DNA from: Ferruginibacter sp.
Lineage (GTDB): Bacteria > Bacteroidota > Bacteroidia > Chitinophagales > Chitinophagaceae
Length of the DNA: 64,000 nucleotides
Assembly (NCBI GenBank): GCA_040006615.1
Contig: JBDTWP010000002.1
Span: 6,574-70,573 of the forward strand
Direction of reading: 5' to 3'
The notes beneath the pieces are model-generated. The model did no database searches. It saw nothing but the letters and a program-made list of their open reading frames with translations, and was not told the DNA's origin. Both the position numbers and the translations under genes were made by a program. How positions within the stretch are numbered: the first letter of the stretch is position 1; every line of letters begins with the position of its first letter. This document shows, one piece after another, positions 60,143 to 64,000 of the stretch.

Positions 60143-60737
60143 AGTGGGTTTTTTTTTGGTCAGAAAATCTTCCGTGGTAATAATTATATAGTACTTTCTT
60201 TAAATTGGCTTTTGCCCTACCCATCAATGATTCTATTGCATAAAGGCTGGTTTTCATTATTTCAGCGATTTCCTGATGACTCTGTCCTTCTAATTTATGA
60301 AGGGTAAAGGCGATCCGTTGTTTCTCTGGCAACTGTTTCAATGCTTTAAATAATTCACCCGCCCTTTCTTTATTTTCTAACTGAACGCCGGGATGGTTGA
60401 AATCCACGGGGTGAAGATGTTCATTATCCGGGCCGCCAAACAGGCTTTGTACAAATCCAAATCGTTTTTTTCTGTTTTTCTTCTTTTCATGATCAAGTGC
60501 CTTCGAAATGGTAATGCGGTAAAGCCAGGTAGATAACTTTGATTCACCTTTAAAAGCATGGATCGAAAGAAAAACCTGTACAAAGACTTCCTGCGTAATA
60601 TCATCTGCATCATCGGCATTTTGTACCATACTGATGGCGGTATTATACACCATATCCTGGTACAGATCCATAAAAGCGGTAAATCCGGCCTGGTCTCCCT
60701 GCTTTAGTTTATTTATTAACTCTTCAGATTGGTTCAC
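60135..60737 (-). CDS. ECF RNA polymerase sigma factor
   Basis: ADDITQEVF, LSTWLYRI, LPEKQRIAF, SHQEIAEIM; GTG start. Confidence 0.93.
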   Translation of the reverse strand: MNQSEELINKLKQGDQAGFTAFMDLYQDMVYNTAISMVQNADDADDITQEVFVQVFLSIHAFKGESKLSTWLYRITISKALDHEKKKNRKKRFGFVQSLFGGPDNEHLHPVDFNHPGVQLENKERAGELFKALKQLPEKQRIAFTLHKLEGQSHQEIAEIMKTSLYAIESLMGRAKANLKKVLYNYYHGRFSDQKKTHYE

Positions 60738-60771
60738 CTCATGCTATTTATTAAATCCAATCTAAATATAC

Positions 60772-63645
60772 TTAAAAGGATGGACCCATGCCGCCCGGCC
60801 TCATCTTTCCATCCCTGTTTTGATTAAATCCTCCGTTTGATGATCTTGCAGCTACACCAAAGTTTTTAAGGCTGTAGCTAAAAGTGAGCATAAAATATTG
60901 CTGCAATACCTGGCTTTGAGAATCTTCAATATATGCTCCCGTTACGGTTCTGACAATACTTTGGTTTTGTTTGAGTAAATCAAAAACTGATAATTTCAGT
61001 TCAGCCGCCTTTTTCTTCCCGAATTTTTTACCAACTGCGGCATTCCACAACCAATAGTTTTGATTAAACCCGTCCGTTAAACCGCTGTATATTTGATTGG
61101 ACAGATCATTTTGAACGAACCATCCATTTTTATTCAATAAATTAAGCTGCAGGCCGGTAGCCTGGTTTATGTACCTGCTATTAGTAATCCTGGTAGAAGT
61201 TGTTTGAGCATTGTTAAAATTAGCGCTGTATGAGAGGTTGAAATCAACATACTCACTGATATTACTTGCGAAAACAATCCCTGAATTATAGGTATAATTA
61301 TTAGTATTTGTTTTCTTGTAATTTAATAATCCCGGCAGTTTTGCATAGCTGAATCCTGCATTCAGGTTAATCGTGGTTTTAATTGCATTCACCGGCAGGC
61401 TGTATGTGAAAAATGTACGGAGGCTTTTGTATCCGTCAAGGTTAACTGGTTTTGTTAACTGAGAACCGCGTTTCAGAACTACCCTTTGTTGAATAACCGA
61501 GTCGGCGTTCTCAGGGATATAAATCGCGTTGGAAATATAATCGCTGGCTGTTTGAAGAAATATATTTGCAAAAAAACTCCGGCTCGTTTTTGAATTCGTA
61601 TACATATACCTGGTTGCCAGGAAATGAGTGTAAGATTGTTTGAGCTCCGGGTTGCCGCTACTTACCCTTAATGGATTAGAAAGACTAACCACATCTTGTA
61701 ACTGACTTACAGAAGGGAAGTTAGTGGATGCCCTGTAAAATATCCGGATATTACTTGTTGGGGAGAGCTTTTTTAACCACCTTGCATTCGGCAATATATT
61801 AGTAAATGATTGATTTACGGATGACTGTGTGGGAAAGATCCGTTGGCTTTCCAGTTTAGAATTTTGAAAATTTACACCGAAAGAAAGCTGATTATCCCGG
61901 CTTTGCCCGAGCCTGTAGCTGATACCGGCATTATTGGTAGTAATGGTATTATCAAACCGGTTTGATAATACCGTATCAAACTTTGAATATTTTATTCCAT
62001 CAAACAGGAATGTTTGCTGATCGGCTTTATTCTTTTGGACAGATGGTGTATAATCAATTTGAAGTTGTCCTTTTTTTCCAATTGGCTCTGTATAGGCTAT
62101 ATTACCGCCATAGGTATGTCCATTGGTGGCATTATCAGAAAATTGATCCTGAAGTGAATCATTGGCGAATCCACCTAAGTCATCATAAAAGCGATACCTG
62201 GCATCAATGATCGATTCGCCATCATTTTTTGTTAAGGCCGTATTAAATCCGAATGATAGGGAGCGGCCTTTTTTAGCAAAGGAATGTCGGTACATAATAT
62301 TATTTCTGATATTGTAACCACTTCTGTTGGCGCTTGAATTGGCCAATGAGTTATTTACAGAATCCTTTACACTATTAAGAGTTTGCAGGGAGGAAAGAGA
62401 CCTGGAATTGTTGTTTTGAAAGTTGATACTCGGAATAATAAAAATTGAATTATTTGAATCAATTTTATATTCTAACCGGAGGTTGATACGGTGATTATTG
62501 TTTACGGTATTACTATTGGCACTTTGTGTAGAAAATTGTTTCTGATCGCCAATTGTTTCTGTATTTATCAGCGACTTGTTATTATTTGTGCTGTTGTTAA
62601 AAAAGTAACTTCCGGACACATTCATTTTTTTACCCCATTGATCGTTATAATTGATACCAAAAGCATTTGTTTTACTTATTCCATTGGATTGACCAACTGT
62701 AAAATTATCCGATCCTCCACCACCTCTGCCTCCACCGCCGCGTCCGCCACCACCGCCGCGCCCGCCACTGCTGGTAAGACCCAGGAGATCCTGCGAGCCA
62801 AAATTTTGCTGATTGATATTGTTAAAATTTCCTACCAGGGAGATACGCCTGGGACCCTTAAAAAAGCTGATATTTCCGCCGGCAGCATAGCGGTCATCTG
62901 TACCATAACCTGCATATAACCGGCCAAACTGCCCGTTTTTAATTCCCGATTTAGTAACAACATTAATTGCTTTCACCGAATTACCATCATCAAATCCGGT
63001 AAGCTGGGCCTGGTCACTCAGCCTGTCAAAAACCTGTATTTTATCTACTACTTCTGAAGGCAAATTTTTCAACGCAGCAGAAGCATCATCCCCGAAAAAA
63101 TCCTTTCCATCAATAGTTACTTTTTTTACCTGCTCTCCCTGAGCGGTGACCGTGCCATCCTTGTCAACCGTAATTCCCGGCATTTTTTTGATAAGGTCCT
63201 CAGTTGTAGCATCGGGGTTTACTTTAAACTGGCTGGCGCTGAATTGTGATGTATCGCCTTTTTGAATAACCGGGGGAGCTTTCGAAACAACAGTAACATC
63301 TTCGAGCACCTTACCTCTTTTCATAAAATGTATGGTGCCAATGTCGGTTATCCCTCCTGTGGTTACGAGTCCTTTTTTTATTTTTTCATAACCGACAGAA
63401 CTTATTTCAATAAGAAAACTGTCATTATCAATGCCTGTAAATTCAAAATTTCCTTTTGCATCCGTCACCGTACTTATTTTACCGCTTTGAGATGAATCTT
63501 TTTGTAAAAAAATAACCACCGTTGCTCCCGGAACAGGTAATTTATCAATATCATCCCTAACTATGCCTTTAATGGTGGAGTTTTGTGCCATCAGGCCATT
63601 AATAAATAGGTTAAGAAACAGTAATATTCCAGAAAATCTTATCAT
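60772..63645 (-). CDS. Large TonB-dependent-receptor-like outer-membrane protein (CarboxypepD_reg + OMP_b-brl_3)
   Basis: Signal peptide, KGDT, EDLIKKMPG, DGKDFFGDD, FDLLKQN, QYFMLTFSY. Confidence 0.88.
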   Translation of the reverse strand: MIRFSGILLFLNLFINGLMAQNSTIKGIVRDDIDKLPVPGATVVIFLQKDSSQSGKISTVTDAKGNFEFTGIDNDSFLIEISSVGYEKIKKGLVTTGGITDIGTIHFMKRGKVLEDVTVVSKAPPVIQKGDTSQFSASQFKVNPDATTEDLIKKMPGITVDKDGTVTAQGEQVKKVTIDGKDFFGDDASAALKNLPSEVVDKIQVFDRLSDQAQLTGFDDGNSVKAINVVTKSGIKNGQFGRLYAGYGTDDRYAAGGNISFFKGPRRISLVGNFNNINQQNFGSQDLLGLTSSGGRGGGGGRGGGGRGGGGSDNFTVGQSNGISKTNAFGINYNDQWGKKMNVSGSYFFNNSTNNNKSLINTETIGDQKQFSTQSANSNTVNNNHRINLRLEYKIDSNNSIFIIPSINFQNNNSRSLSSLQTLNSVKDSVNNSLANSSANRSGYNIRNNIMYRHSFAKKGRSLSFGFNTALTKNDGESIIDARYRFYDDLGGFANDSLQDQFSDNATNGHTYGGNIAYTEPIGKKGQLQIDYTPSVQKNKADQQTFLFDGIKYSKFDTVLSNRFDNTITTNNAGISYRLGQSRDNQLSFGVNFQNSKLESQRIFPTQSSVNQSFTNILPNARWLKKLSPTSNIRIFYRASTNFPSVSQLQDVVSLSNPLRVSSGNPELKQSYTHFLATRYMYTNSKTSRSFFANIFLQTASDYISNAIYIPENADSVIQQRVVLKRGSQLTKPVNLDGYKSLRTFFTYSLPVNAIKTTINLNAGFSYAKLPGLLNYKKTNTNNYTYNSGIVFASNISEYVDFNLSYSANFNNAQTTSTRITNSRYINQATGLQLNLLNKNGWFVQNDLSNQIYSGLTDGFNQNYWLWNAAVGKKFGKKKAAELKLSVFDLLKQNQSIVRTVTGAYIEDSQSQVLQQYFMLTFSYSLKNFGVAARSSNGGFNQNRDGKMRPGGMGPSF

Positions 63646-63668
63646 AAAGTTTATTTTAACTACTATAC

Positions 63669-63698
63669 ATAAGACGCCGCTGGCAACAAAAACAGGCG
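63669..63698 (-). promoter_or_regulatory. Predicted ECF sigma promoter CGCCTGTTT-N13-CGTCTTAT
   Basis: Lies 24 bp upstream of the OMP start; matches 59285-59314. Confidence 0.7.
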
Positions 63699-64000
63699 AA
63701 ATATTATTTATTTCAATTACCAGGAGGCTATTAGCTTAATTGATAATTGAAATGGTTCCTGGTTACCAGGATTTACAAACTGGCCTTGTTACAGTTTTTT
63801 CGCTAATGGAAAAATAAGGTGTCAATTCTACAGCACTCAAAATCTGACACCCGGAGATGAATGAATCACAAATTCCGGGAAGTTGTCATAGGCGTACGCA
63901 CCAGTCGGCCAGGGCCAATACGAAACTATTTTATCGATTGAGAAGTATAAAGCAAATTATTGGACAGAAGTTGGCGAACTTTGCAACCGGAAAGCTGGAA

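Noticed and set aside
63858-64000. Open frame running off the right edge
   Set aside because: No motif and a non-protein-like composition; probably intergenic.

Overview
64 kb of AT-rich chromosomal DNA from a Bacteroidota member, probably Chitinophagaceae. This is inferred from TAnnTTTG promoter elements, SD-less A-rich starts, a fused ccoNO gene, LytS/LytTR pairs and lipoprotein export signals. Housekeeping genes (kdsB, typA, uvrB, polA, alkA-like, msrC-like) alternate with several modules: (i) a circularly permuted ATP-grasp / alpha-E / transglutaminase operon; (ii) a complete cbb3 oxidase locus (ccoI-S-NO-Q-P-G-H plus a DsbD_2-type gene) next to a FixL-like PAS kinase and a receiver-Crp/Fnr hybrid regulator; (iii) two LytS/LytTR systems, one divergent from a run of eight small uncharacterised genes; (iv) an ECF sigma / anti-sigma / periplasmic protein / large outer-membrane protein locus. 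I found no CRISPR array, rRNA, tRNA, prophage or intact transposase. The strongest signals read from the raw sequence are: an identical twin-FNR-box promoter architecture before ccoI and ccoS, a shared bipartite ECF promoter motif, a ~63-nt candidate standalone sRNA with an anti-start-codon sequence, a ccoI gene that needs a non-canonical start, two pseudogenes, and several REP/MITE-like palindromic elements. Product calls come from motif recognition by eye, not database searches.
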